A stretch of DNA of 64,000 bases from Clostridia bacterium (lineage in GTDB: Bacteria; Bacillota; Clostridia; Oscillospirales; CAG-272), in NCBI GenBank assembly GCA_017483305.1, contig JAFULC010000044.1, positions 127,866 through 191,865 of the forward strand, in the 5' to 3' direction. Shown one piece after another: positions 51,215 through 60,334 of the stretch; the first letter of the stretch is position 1, and the number at the start of each line of letters is the position of its first letter. The translations under genes and the position numbers were made by a program. Under the pieces are notes generated by a model, which was not told where the DNA came from, made no database searches, and saw only the letters and a program-made list of their open reading frames with translations.

Positions 51215-53448
51215 AAAAACTAATGAAAATAACGTCATTGCTGCTTTCCATAGTCATGCTTACGTCAACATTCACAGGCTGCGGATTTATGTTCGGCGGC
51301 ACCGAGGAGCAGGAGGATGAATTTAATCCGCCGTATCTTGAAAATTACTATGTGAATAAGCATGATCCCGTCGTTGTTTCGGGCGGAATCGAAATACATA
51401 AATACGACGAGGATGCCGAAGCCTTATGGATGGGCGGATATCCTTATCACGGCGGATTTGAGTTCAGAGGCAGCACGTTCGGTGAGAATAAAGCCATAGT
51501 AGATCTGCCCCTTGACGGACTTTATGAGAATATCAGCTTTGTCATCGGTGGCAGATGCGGACACATTACCGAGGTGATCGATGAAGACGGCAATGTTACG
51601 TATCCCTATGATGCCAGTCAGTATAACTGCTCGCCTCCCACGCTTTACGGATATGCGAAAGAGCAAAAGGTAGGTCTTCAGTTCTGGGTGGATGACAAGA
51701 TGGTACAGGAGGTTATTTTCTCCAACTATCAGGTACCTGTCCGTTATACCTTCAACGTTTCGGGTGCACAGAAATTTACCTTCAAGCAGGTAGCGGCAGA
51801 ACCCATTGTTATACCCGTTCTTGAGCTTACTGTTTGGGAGGGAGAAGCCCACGAAACGGGACACATTACCGAACCTGCCGGAAGCGAGCCGGTTCAGCTT
51901 ATCAAGGATCTGAAGCCATATCAGATTCCCGCTACGTCGAGCGCGGTGTATTATCCCAACGTTGACCCTACCTACGAGGGCAGAAACCACATCAATATGA
52001 GCACCATTCGATACGAGAACGTAATAGCAACCTACGTGTCGCAGGGACTTATGACCGATGACGAGGAAGATATTTATTTTAACCTTGAGGGCAAATACAA
52101 TTATCTGACCTTTACCGCGGGTGTAGCAGACAGAACCACGAACAACAGTGATGGCTCGGCATGGCTGACCGTCTATGCCGACGGCAAGATCATTCACGAG
52201 GAGGTCTATTCCTCCCACGAGCTTCCGAGAAGGACAACGGTCAATGTCGAGGGCTGTCATCAGCTCAAATTTGCATGGCTCACTGACGAAGGAAACCTGG
52301 AGTACGGAGACGGAACGGGTAATTTCTTCGGTATCGGCGACGCTTACGTTGCTACCACCGAGGCGGCACTCGAAACGATCAAATATTCTTCCCGTGATCT
52401 GCCCGACAGACCCGTAAAAATGGTATCCGAGCTTGGCGCGTTCGCAATTTCCAGCAGTGTTGAGCAAGCCGTATTTGACGGTTCTTCCCAGCTTAGCACC
52501 TTCTCTATGGGCGGTGTGAAGTACAACGAAGGTATTATTCTCATCGCATCCAACAGTATGCTTGAAACCAGACCTGCGTGCGTATCCTTCAATCTTGGCG
52601 GAAAATACGATACTATCTCCTTTATTGCAGGTCATATTGCCAACAGTGATGTTTACAAGAACGATCAGATCGAGATTTACGCCGACGGCGTTCTGATAAA
52701 GACAATCAATGTGGATTGTACCATGTTGCCTGAGAAATATGTGGTGGACGTAACGGGCTGTCAGCATCTTGAATTTATTTCCGGTAAGGCAACCAACGGT
52801 AGTTGGTATCGCCCTGCGCTGGGTATTGTAAACTTAATTGCTTATCCCGACGGATATGTGGAAACTGATCTCTTCCCCGAGAGAAGTCCCGCAGATTATG
52901 GTAAATCTTGTGATCTGATCGAAACTTTCGGCTTTTATGACGTACATAGCGGAGGACGTACGGAGACCGATATCGGCGGTGTTGACGTTGAGGACGGTTA
53001 TTATGACGGCTCGACTCAGAAAAACTATTTCACAATCGGCGACAGAAAGATTAATAGTGGCGTACTTCTCCGAACCAGCGTGCATTTAAGCTTGGATACA
53101 GATATGATACAAGATGCCATTTTCTTCACTGGATTGGTTGTTTTGGCAGGAGAGGAGGCGCACGAATCGGCGTTTGCTCTGGCGAATATCAAGGACAGCG
53201 GCTATACTTCCGTGACCTTCACTGTTGCAATGCAAAAAGAAACAGGCTATGAGGATGAAACGATCTTAAAGATCGGTGCTGATGACAAATGCGTGAAAGA
53301 GATTACGCTTTTCAAGGATATGAAGCCCACCACGTATACAGTAGAGCTTGGCGAAGATTGCGGAAGACTTTTGTTCTTCCTTGAATGCACCATTGAGGAC
53401 GACACCTCGCATACCTATGCGATCTACGATATTAAACTGAATAAATAA
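51211..53448 (+). CDS. Lipoprotein with four NPCBM-like (putative carbohydrate-binding) repeats
   Basis: 745 aa. Signal/lipobox is LLSIVMLTSTFTGC. Four repeats follow the pattern Y..(I/L)(S/T)F.(A/I)G.......(V/I)..(Y/W).D......(V/I)........(V/Y).V.(V/L).G...L.F, as in NPCBM/F5_F8-like modules. Confidence 0.6.
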   Translation: MKKLMKITSLLLSIVMLTSTFTGCGFMFGGTEEQEDEFNPPYLENYYVNKHDPVVVSGGIEIHKYDEDAEALWMGGYPYHGGFEFRGSTFGENKAIVDLPLDGLYENISFVIGGRCGHITEVIDEDGNVTYPYDASQYNCSPPTLYGYAKEQKVGLQFWVDDKMVQEVIFSNYQVPVRYTFNVSGAQKFTFKQVAAEPIVIPVLELTVWEGEAHETGHITEPAGSEPVQLIKDLKPYQIPATSSAVYYPNVDPTYEGRNHINMSTIRYENVIATYVSQGLMTDDEEDIYFNLEGKYNYLTFTAGVADRTTNNSDGSAWLTVYADGKIIHEEVYSSHELPRRTTVNVEGCHQLKFAWLTDEGNLEYGDGTGNFFGIGDAYVATTEAALETIKYSSRDLPDRPVKMVSELGAFAISSSVEQAVFDGSSQLSTFSMGGVKYNEGIILIASNSMLETRPACVSFNLGGKYDTISFIAGHIANSDVYKNDQIEIYADGVLIKTINVDCTMLPEKYVVDVTGCQHLEFISGKATNGSWYRPALGIVNLIAYPDGYVETDLFPERSPADYGKSCDLIETFGFYDVHSGGRTETDIGGVDVEDGYYDGSTQKNYFTIGDRKINSGVLLRTSVHLSLDTDMIQDAIFFTGLVVLAGEEAHESAFALANIKDSGYTSVTFTVAMQKETGYEDETILKIGADDKCVKEITLFKDMKPTTYTVELGEDCGRLLFFLECTIEDDTSHTYAIYDIKLNK

Positions 53449-53460
53449 GGAGGCAACACC

Positions 53461-54180
53461 ATGAGGTATTTGACTTGGGATGAAGTAAAAAGCCTTGACA
53501 AATTCTTGGTCGAGGACAATGACGATGCCGTCGGCATCGAGATCCATACCGGATTCTATGATCTATCAGCGGACAACCGCTACAGCAAGCCGGAAACAGT
53601 AAAGGCTTATTCTCTGGAGGAACTGGCCGGCGGTGATTTTATCCAGATGGGAACAGAAACCCTGCGTGCAGTGGTGAGCAATCGTCTTTATTGGACGGAT
53701 AGTCGGAATTGGGTTGAAAATTCGGGCACGGATGCTGCCTATATCGGTGCCCGCCGGGGGAACGGATACGAATATGAGCGGGCGATACTGACCTTCAAGG
53801 ATACGCTGGAACGGCTGCCGGACGAGGAAGTGATTTCCCTGAAACGCTTCCTGGTCAGGGACAACAAACGGGTCAAAGCGGTGCGCATCATGCCCGGCTA
53901 TATGGGCATCGGCGGCTCCAATACCTCCGGTTTTTCATCGGATAGTGAGCGGATTCGAGATTACCCTCTGGAATATCTGAAAAACAACGAATTTATATGG
54001 GTCCAGGGCGTTTCTGTTCGGGCGCTGGTGGATGACGTGCTGTATTTCTGCCGCAAGGGCGCTGACGGAAACAGCAAGGTGTTTACCCTGAATTATAGAG
54101 AACGGGATACCATTTTTCATGGTGAGGGTGTCGCCTATGATACGATCGCTGCAACGGAAGTTGTATTGCTGCTTAAGTAA
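53461..54180 (+). CDS. Hypothetical protein (239 aa) with an internal duplication; deviant codon usage
   Basis: LDKFLVEDNDDAVGIEIHTGFYD... is repeated as LKRFLVRDNKRVKAVRIMPGYMG.... CTG/CGG/GTG codons dominate from about 53580. Confidence 0.6.
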   Translation: MRYLTWDEVKSLDKFLVEDNDDAVGIEIHTGFYDLSADNRYSKPETVKAYSLEELAGGDFIQMGTETLRAVVSNRLYWTDSRNWVENSGTDAAYIGARRGNGYEYERAILTFKDTLERLPDEEVISLKRFLVRDNKRVKAVRIMPGYMGIGGSNTSGFSSDSERIRDYPLEYLKNNEFIWVQGVSVRALVDDVLYFCRKGADGNSKVFTLNYRERDTIFHGEGVAYDTIAATEVVLLLK

Positions 54181-54201
54181 GAGAAAGTGAGGAATAACAA
54201 T

Positions 54202-54723
54202 ATGGCTTGGAGAAGTTACTATATTAACTGTGAAAAAATATATGGCATAGACGAAGAAGAAAAAGACGTTTGCATTATGTACGACTTAAATATCCCACCC
54301 CACGGCGGCATCCGAGAGGAATGGACAACAAGGGGAATGAAGAACGGCTCGTCCAAGGTTTTATTTGTGGAGTATTGCAAGGAGGATGACGATCCCGACG
54401 GTGTATGGGAAGCTTTTGGTATGAAGGCAGAATCGGTATATACCTTTACGGTAAATGCGAAAGAGGCAGATCCCGAGAAGCTGTTTGTTTACACCCTTTA
54501 TAAGGACGGCAAGCTTGGTGTCGGATTTGACATCGATACCAACACCGCCCGCGCTATTTTAGTATTTCCCTTCCCTCAGAATATAACCGCAGAGCAATTG
54601 CTTGCCGTTGCGAAAAAAGCAGAGGATGCTCCGCGAGACTTGGAAGCAGTTGAGCAGTTCGTCGTTGAAAATCTGTTGTGTGGTGCGAAAGACGTGACGT
54701 GCCTTGCATTTTTCAACTTGTAA
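54202..54723 (+). CDS. Hypothetical protein (173 aa)
   Basis: GAGGA RBS lies 8 nt before ATG 54202. No family recognised. Confidence 0.55.
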   Translation: MAWRSYYINCEKIYGIDEEEKDVCIMYDLNIPPHGGIREEWTTRGMKNGSSKVLFVEYCKEDDDPDGVWEAFGMKAESVYTFTVNAKEADPEKLFVYTLYKDGKLGVGFDIDTNTARAILVFPFPQNITAEQLLAVAKKAEDAPRDLEAVEQFVVENLLCGAKDVTCLAFFNL

Positions 54724-54768
54724 TCATACAGAATAAAGGCAACTAACCGAAAAAAGGGAGTGATGCTT

Positions 54769-55767
54769 ATGGCAAAGAAGCTTTATTTACATATTAAATG
54801 GGATGAAACAAGAGAAAAAAACGGTTCAAGAGCAGGCGATGACGGCATTTATGACGTAGAGATAAACGAGGGTGATGAGTTTAAGCTCATCTGCCACCTG
54901 AAAAAAGCAACCGTTACGAAGCTCACCGATGACGAGGTAACTCTTGATATTCCCGATAAGGGCGAGTATTTACTTAGGTTGAACGAGACCGCAACGATCC
55001 GTTATAGCGACGGACATCAGTCTTGCGGTGACTGGGTCGACGAGAGATTGACCTACGAGATCAAGCTGTCGAATATGAGCCTTGACGAGTACGAGGCATC
55101 CTTGCCCGAGTTCGATATTAAAGACGGAGTGCTCATAAATGCTCGTCCTAAAGGAGAGGTGGCGGTTGTACCCGAGGGAGTTGTTGAAATCGGGCACAAG
55201 GCCTTCTGTGAGACAAAGATCAAAGAGGTAGTTTTGCCGTCAACTCTTAAAAAAATCAGTTCGTTCGCCTTTTCGAAGTGCCGTTATTTGAAACGTGTAA
55301 CGCTCCCCGAAGGACTGGAAGAATTAGGATTCTACGCCCTTTCTGATACAGCCATCGAGGAGATCAATTTCCCGAGGAGCCTTCGATATATCGACGATAG
55401 CGTCTTTCGCGGAACTCCCTTCCTTAAAAGGATAAAGGACGATAGATTTGTCATACTGGGAGAGCGTTTCCTCTACGGCTACAATGGCTATGACGACACG
55501 GTGGAGATTCCCGACGGTGTTGAGGTTATATGCTCCTGCGCCTTTGACTCAAGAGAGAAAGACAAGGACTATTATTACGTTACACCGAAAAAAATCATTC
55601 TGCCAGATAGCGTAAAACAAATTGATGGATGCGCATTCAGATATCAGTATGGTCTTAGGGAAATTAATTTGCGTGCAGATATGGACATCTCTGCCACAGC
55701 CTTTGACAAATCGGGATATGAGGAAAGCTTTAAGGCGTTCCTCGCCGCTAAAGGTGAGAAAAAATGA
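54769..55767 (+). CDS. BspA-type leucine-rich-repeat (LRR_5) protein with N-terminal small beta module
   Basis: VVPEGVVEIGHKAFCETKIKEVVLPSTLKKISSFAFSKCRYLKRVTLPEGLEELGFYALSDTAIEEINFP are typical ~23-aa BspA LRRs. No signal peptide. Confidence 0.75.
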   Translation: MAKKLYLHIKWDETREKNGSRAGDDGIYDVEINEGDEFKLICHLKKATVTKLTDDEVTLDIPDKGEYLLRLNETATIRYSDGHQSCGDWVDERLTYEIKLSNMSLDEYEASLPEFDIKDGVLINARPKGEVAVVPEGVVEIGHKAFCETKIKEVVLPSTLKKISSFAFSKCRYLKRVTLPEGLEELGFYALSDTAIEEINFPRSLRYIDDSVFRGTPFLKRIKDDRFVILGERFLYGYNGYDDTVEIPDGVEVICSCAFDSREKDKDYYYVTPKKIILPDSVKQIDGCAFRYQYGLREINLRADMDISATAFDKSGYEESFKAFLAAKGEKK

Positions 55768-56234
55768 AGGATTTAGTTATACAATGTAAAGAATACATTG
55801 CAAAAGGCGGCGAATCCATCATAAAAAGAGCGTTCGGAAGAATGCCCCGTATGGCAGAAATCAATATGAGTGAAGTGGAACTCTATATGTTGGAGAATAA
55901 GGACGCTTCATTCAACGAGCTGCTTTTTATGATGATAGACCGAACGGGACAGAAAGACAGCGACGTGTATAAGAGGGCACGAATAGACCGCAGGCTCTTT
56001 TCAAAAATCCGTTCAAGTAAAAAATACGTTCCGTCAAAGAAAACTGTCATTGCGTTGTGCCTCGCTCTTGAGCTTTCGAGAGATGATGCAAATATACTAC
56101 TTGCCTCGGCAGGATACAGCCTGTCAAGGTCGGATGATTACGATCTCGCTATTGCCTTTTGCATATCAAGGGGAATATTTGATTTTAACGATATAAACGA
56201 GCTTTTATATGAATTAGGCTTTGAGGTTTTTTAA
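55764..56234 (+). CDS. HTH-domain protein (XRE-like fold), probable DNA-binding regulator
   Basis: 156 aa. Its ATG overlaps the upstream TGA. DSDVYKRARIDRRLFSKIRSSKKYVPSKKTVIALCLALELSRDDANILLASAGYSL is a recurrent Firmicutes HTH module. Confidence 0.55.
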   Translation: MKDLVIQCKEYIAKGGESIIKRAFGRMPRMAEINMSEVELYMLENKDASFNELLFMMIDRTGQKDSDVYKRARIDRRLFSKIRSSKKYVPSKKTVIALCLALELSRDDANILLASAGYSLSRSDDYDLAIAFCISRGIFDFNDINELLYELGFEVF

Positions 56235-56273
56235 ATAATGCCGACGCATTAAAAAACAGGACAGATCGTAAAT

Positions 56274-56317
56274 GTCGCCGTAAAAGCGACCAAGTAAAAG
56301 CCAAGGTGTGAGATAAT
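56274..56317 (+). promoter_or_regulatory. GTCGC-N7-GCGAC palindrome exactly 21 nt upstream of a GATAAT hexamer (copy 2)
   Basis: GTCGCcgtaaaaGCGAC at 56274-56290 and TGaGATAAT with GATAAT at 56312-56317. About 50 nt of similarity with 45883-45935. Confidence 0.55.
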
Positions 56318-56341
56318 ATAGGCGTAAAGGAGAGTACAATT

Positions 56342-56965
56342 ATGAATAGTATAAGACTTAAAACAAAATACGCAGAAAACGAATTACCAATAGGCGCATC
56401 AAAGCTTTTCGGCAATCCCGACGTCCCCCAAGGCTTCGAGTGGCCGTACATTGAGGTGGATGGTGAGGAGTACGATCTTTCCTTCATCGGGCAGATAAAT
56501 CTTTCCGAGGTTGCAAAGTACGATAAGGACGGTCTGCTTCCGGGGAAAGGTATGCTGTATTTCTTCTACGACCTTGACGAAATGCCTTTTAGCCCCGATA
56601 ATCTTAACGCTTGCAGAGTTATCTATCACGAGAGCGATGAAAACCTTGAGCCTATACGCTTTGTTGACGAGGATGGAGAGGATCTTTCCTTCAGAGAAAT
56701 GCAGGTAGAATTCGAGTGTGTAGAAGCAGGATTTTTGGGCGATGAAGGAGAAACCCACCTGCTTCTCGGTGAACCCTCTATGGATAACGGGTTCTTTTAT
56801 GAGTGCATTGACGGCTGGCAGATGCTATTCCAGCTTGACTCGCTTGAAACCGACGATATTTGCATCAACTTCACCGACGAGGGCTTCCTGTGCTTCTATA
56901 TTGACAAGGAAAAGCTTTCGGAAAAGGATTTTTCCGACGTAAGAATTATGCAGATATACTCTTAA
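56342..56965 (+). CDS. DUF1963 / YwqG-family protein
   Basis: SKLFGNPDVPQGFEWP...LSFIGQINLSEV...LPGKGMLYFFYDL...HLLLGEP...LFQLDS...GFLCFYI is the family hallmark order. Confidence 0.8.
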   Translation: MNSIRLKTKYAENELPIGASKLFGNPDVPQGFEWPYIEVDGEEYDLSFIGQINLSEVAKYDKDGLLPGKGMLYFFYDLDEMPFSPDNLNACRVIYHESDENLEPIRFVDEDGEDLSFREMQVEFECVEAGFLGDEGETHLLLGEPSMDNGFFYECIDGWQMLFQLDSLETDDICINFTDEGFLCFYIDKEKLSEKDFSDVRIMQIYS

Positions 56966-56977
56966 AGGAGGCTTATT

Positions 56978-57181
56978 ATGGCTGAAAAATTAAAATGCCC
57001 ATACTGCGGTAGCGAAAACCTAACCCGTATGGACGGCAGCGGAACTCTAAAGAAATACGGCAACGACGTTATGATCGATATCGCTCCCGACATCGTTTAC
57101 TGTAACGATTGCAAAAAGGATTTCAGAGCACCGTTCTTTGACGATCTGACGCTCGACGAGGCGATTTTAGATCAAGAGTGA
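56978..57181 (+). CDS. Zinc-ribbon mini-protein (67 aa)
   Basis: CPYCGS...CNDCKK, with RBS AAAGGAGG. Confidence 0.6.
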   Translation: MAEKLKCPYCGSENLTRMDGSGTLKKYGNDVMIDIAPDIVYCNDCKKDFRAPFFDDLTLDEAILDQE

Positions 57182-57191
57182 GGTGATTACG

Positions 57192-57473
57192 ATGAAATTA
57201 AAAATCATTGATTATTTCTGGGCAGTTGGACACAGGACGAAAAGAAAGGGCTCTCACAAAATTCCCCTTGCCGAAGGCGAGTTGCGTGAAATTAACTATG
57301 TGCAGTTCAGAATTGACAAGGTGGAAAAGGATAAGGCGCAGATTTCGGTTATCCGTCGTGACGGAACGGTTATAAAGGAAATCACCGTAGAAAAAGGCCG
57401 ACGTTCCTACTACCATCCAAGGTCTATGGATGCAGGACACGAATATACACTGAAGCTTACAAAATTTTTCTAA
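57192..57473 (+). CDS. Small beta-module protein (93 aa), member of the island's recurrent mini-domain set
   Basis: VQFRIDKVEKDKAQISVIRRDGTVIKEITVEKGRRSYY, with RBS GAGGTG. Confidence 0.55.
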   Translation: MKLKIIDYFWAVGHRTKRKGSHKIPLAEGELREINYVQFRIDKVEKDKAQISVIRRDGTVIKEITVEKGRRSYYHPRSMDAGHEYTLKLTKFF

Positions 57474-57492
57474 ACATAAAAGGAGAAAAATC

Positions 57493-57720
57493 ATGGATAA
57501 GAAGGAATTTAAGAATTTACTTGCAAAAGCTGAAGGCGGCGATGCGGAAGCAATGTATCTTGTAGGACTTGAGTATGAAGCAGGTGAGGTCGTTACAGCC
57601 GACGGCGAAAAGGCTATCGAATGGATGAATAAGGCTGCCGACCTTGGACATAAGGAGGCGCTTGATTGGCTCAAGCAGTATTACTTTGATGATGATGCCG
57701 GCACACAGGCTTATTCTTAA
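57493..57720 (+). CDS. Sel1-repeat protein (75 aa)
   Basis: AEGGDAEAMYLVGLEYEAGEVVTADGEKAIEWMNKAADLGHKEA. Confidence 0.75.
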   Translation: MDKKEFKNLLAKAEGGDAEAMYLVGLEYEAGEVVTADGEKAIEWMNKAADLGHKEALDWLKQYYFDDDAGTQAYS

Positions 57721-57735
57721 CAGGAGGTGAATGCC

Positions 57736-57999
57736 ATGGAGAGAGAAAAAGCTCGCTGTACAAAATGCGGTGCCTTTGAAGTGGTATTCGTGGATCGAAG
57801 CGCCAATCCATTCAATACCAAGCCCCCAAGATTCGTTTGTCAGAAATGCGGTTGCGAATACGAGCTTGATTCGGGCATCGGCGTAATGAATCGCAATACG
57901 ATAAATCCCTTCCCATGCCCCGAGCGTGACCTTGACATTGACGATCCGTTTACAGCAGAGATGAAAGAAAGGATCAAGTCAATGAGAAAAACCGATTAA
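57736..57999 (+). CDS. Zinc-ribbon mini-protein (87 aa)
   Basis: CTKCGA...CQKCGC. AGGAGG lies 8 nt before ATG 57736. Confidence 0.6.
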   Translation: MEREKARCTKCGAFEVVFVDRSANPFNTKPPRFVCQKCGCEYELDSGIGVMNRNTINPFPCPERDLDIDDPFTAEMKERIKSMRKTD

Positions 58000-58017
58000 G
58001 CATAGGAGGAAGAAGAT

Positions 58018-58596
58018 ATGTCAAGAGAATTTGATTATGCAATGGAGCTGAAAAAGAACAGCAACGTCGAAGAAGCAAAGGCTTATTTTGAAAAAGCTGC
58101 GCAGGGTGGCGAGCCCGAGGCATATATGGAGCTTGCAAGGCTTGCAGTTCCCGAGGCGGGTGAGCATTATTACAACTATTCAAAGCTTGACGTAACCCTG
58201 CTGCCTCTGGGCTATCACAAAACTGAATTTGAATATTATCTCAAGGCGAGTGAGCTCGGTCACACAAGAGCCATGGTTTACGTCGGAATTGCCTATAAGC
58301 AAGGATATCTCGTAAACCGTGACTACGATATGGCATTTAATTATTTTGCAAAGGCGACTGAATTAGGTGACGATTATCTCGCTCCCTACTATCTTGCCGA
58401 ATGCTATGAAAATGCGCTCGGCACCGAGATGGACGAAAACGCAGCGGTGCTTTACTACACAATGTGCGCCGAGCACGGTAACATCCCTGCAATGCTTGCT
58501 CTTGCAAGAATTTATAAAGAGGGTCTTGGTAGTATTGAAAAGGATGAACAAAAATCAACAAGATACTTCTTTATGAGTGGTATTGGAAGAAATTGA
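58018..58596 (+). CDS. Sel1-repeat protein (192 aa)
   Basis: AAQGGEPEAYMELARL, ASELGHTRAMVYVGIAYKQG, ATELGDDYLAPYYLAECYENALG and CAEHGNIPAMLALARIYKEGLG. Confidence 0.8.
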   Translation: MSREFDYAMELKKNSNVEEAKAYFEKAAQGGEPEAYMELARLAVPEAGEHYYNYSKLDVTLLPLGYHKTEFEYYLKASELGHTRAMVYVGIAYKQGYLVNRDYDMAFNYFAKATELGDDYLAPYYLAECYENALGTEMDENAAVLYYTMCAEHGNIPAMLALARIYKEGLGSIEKDEQKSTRYFFMSGIGRN

Positions 58597-58661
58597 TATC
58601 AGCTATCAGTATAAAAACATAATTATTACAAGGTTTTGAAATCTTTAGAGGAGAATGTGTG

Positions 58662-59786
58662 ATGAAAGAGGAAATCAAAAATCAAATCCTCGGTTTGTCG
58701 ATATATAACGCGCGTACCGAAAAAGAGGACATCGTATGGATTGCAAAAGAGCTTTGCGAAAAGTACGGTTGGAGAACCGATGATATGATATATACACGCA
58801 CTGGTTTCGATCCGGTCGAGCACCGTCAGTACAGCGAGGTCGTTCGTGATGAACGCAAGGCTTGGAATTACACTGTTGATGCGGCGCTTGAGGAAAAGGA
58901 CGTTTATGCCATCGCAACTCTGCTGTTTTTCAAGAAATACGGCACGATTGACGAGACTGCTTTCTATGTAACCAAGGAGTCGCTTTTGAGGGATATAGTA
59001 GAAATACTTGAAAGCATCGAGGAAAAGGACGCATTTGTTTATTTCCTTATCGGCAAAGCGAATTTCATAGCGCGCGGAGTAGAATATGACTTTGATAAAG
59101 CGCACGAGTGCTTCCTTTTGGCGGCTGACGGCGGTATTGAGATTGCAAAACTGTTTGCCCTCGAGATCGAAGACGATTTTGAGGGAATCTTCAAGGAAGC
59201 GAGTAAGTTGATTGAGAAGTATCCCGATAGTCACATTATTAAGTTCTACCTCGCATTCTGCTGTTATTACGGTTACGGAACCGAGAAGAATTATGAAAGG
59301 GTAGTAGAGCTCGTCAAATATACCGAAACAATAGAAAACTATAACGACGATCCCATAGATTACTATTTTCTTTCAAGCAGATATTTGCTTGGACTTTGCT
59401 ACTTCCACGGCTATGGTGTGGAGAAAAATCTCAGCCGAGCGGAGCTGCTGTTCAGATATTCTGCCAGCGCAGGCACTCCCGAAGCGTATTACTGCCAGGC
59501 AATAACCAAACTTTTATCGGATGACAGTAAACATACGGGGTATATATACGATCTTTTGAAGAAAAGCGCGTACGGTTATTATCTCCCGGCGATCAGAAAG
59601 TTTATGCTTTGTCTCCGAAAGGGCTACGGCACCACACCCGACAAGGAGCAGTATGTTGCATTCTCGGACTATTATGATCACTACAAAGAAACTCAAAAAA
59701 ACACCTCTGATCTTGGAGTTGAAGCGGATCATTGCAATCTTATCGATCACGAAAACAACATCATCGAGGACGATGAAATAGACTAA
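58662..59786 (+). CDS. Sel1/TPR-like repeat protein (374 aa)
   Basis: AADGGIEIAKLF, YYGYGTEKNYERVVEL, LGLCYFHGYGVEKNLSRAELLFRYSASAGTPEAYY. The antisense ORF 58626-59234 is rejected. Confidence 0.7.
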   Translation: MKEEIKNQILGLSIYNARTEKEDIVWIAKELCEKYGWRTDDMIYTRTGFDPVEHRQYSEVVRDERKAWNYTVDAALEEKDVYAIATLLFFKKYGTIDETAFYVTKESLLRDIVEILESIEEKDAFVYFLIGKANFIARGVEYDFDKAHECFLLAADGGIEIAKLFALEIEDDFEGIFKEASKLIEKYPDSHIIKFYLAFCCYYGYGTEKNYERVVELVKYTETIENYNDDPIDYYFLSSRYLLGLCYFHGYGVEKNLSRAELLFRYSASAGTPEAYYCQAITKLLSDDSKHTGYIYDLLKKSAYGYYLPAIRKFMLCLRKGYGTTPDKEQYVAFSDYYDHYKETQKNTSDLGVEADHCNLIDHENNIIEDDEID

Positions 59787-59803
59787 ATTCAGGAGGAAAC
59801 GCT

Positions 59804-60028
59804 ATGGAGAACAAAAGAAATTACAAATACGATCCTGTCGAGGATACTTCCGAATATCTTGCAATAAAGGACGAGCTTGAGGCAAAAATCATTGAAAGAA
59901 TGGGCGGCGAAATGACAAGAGGTAACGCACATCTGTACACCACTCTCAAAAAGGAAATTTTGAAGAAGGATTACGGCATTGATTGGAAGTCGCCTCAGGA
60001 GTTAAATCCGAGGATAAAATTTAACTGA
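59804..60028 (+). CDS. Hypothetical protein (74 aa)
   Basis: AGGAGG RBS, helical and charged. No family. Confidence 0.5.
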   Translation: MENKRNYKYDPVEDTSEYLAIKDELEAKIIERMGGEMTRGNAHLYTTLKKEILKKDYGIDWKSPQELNPRIKFN

Positions 60029-60029
60029 T

Positions 60030-60320
60030 ATGAAATTAACGTATAAGTATACCGTGCACGGCTTCTCCGGCGGTATGATGCTCTCTAACACCGTATACGG
60101 CGAATGGGATTTTAATTCGTTTGAGGTCGGTTCACAGCTCGAGAGCGTAAACACCGAAGTGAAAATAACCGTGCTTGAAAAGAATAGCGACAGCGTAACT
60201 ATAAAGGTCGCGTATCGTAAAAATGAAAAAACGATGACCGTTTCCACCGTGAGTGAGGAATGGTTTAAGGATGATGCCAACGCTTACGGATTTGCCTTTG
60301 CGTTTACCGTGAAGGAGTAA
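60030..60320 (+). CDS. Small beta-module protein (96 aa)
   Basis: The start lies 1 nt after the upstream stop. EVKITVLEKNSDSVTIKVAYRKNEKTMTVS. Confidence 0.5.
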   Translation: MKLTYKYTVHGFSGGMMLSNTVYGEWDFNSFEVGSQLESVNTEVKITVLEKNSDSVTIKVAYRKNEKTMTVSTVSEEWFKDDANAYGFAFAFTVKE

Positions 60321-60334
60321 GGAGGTGTAGAGGA

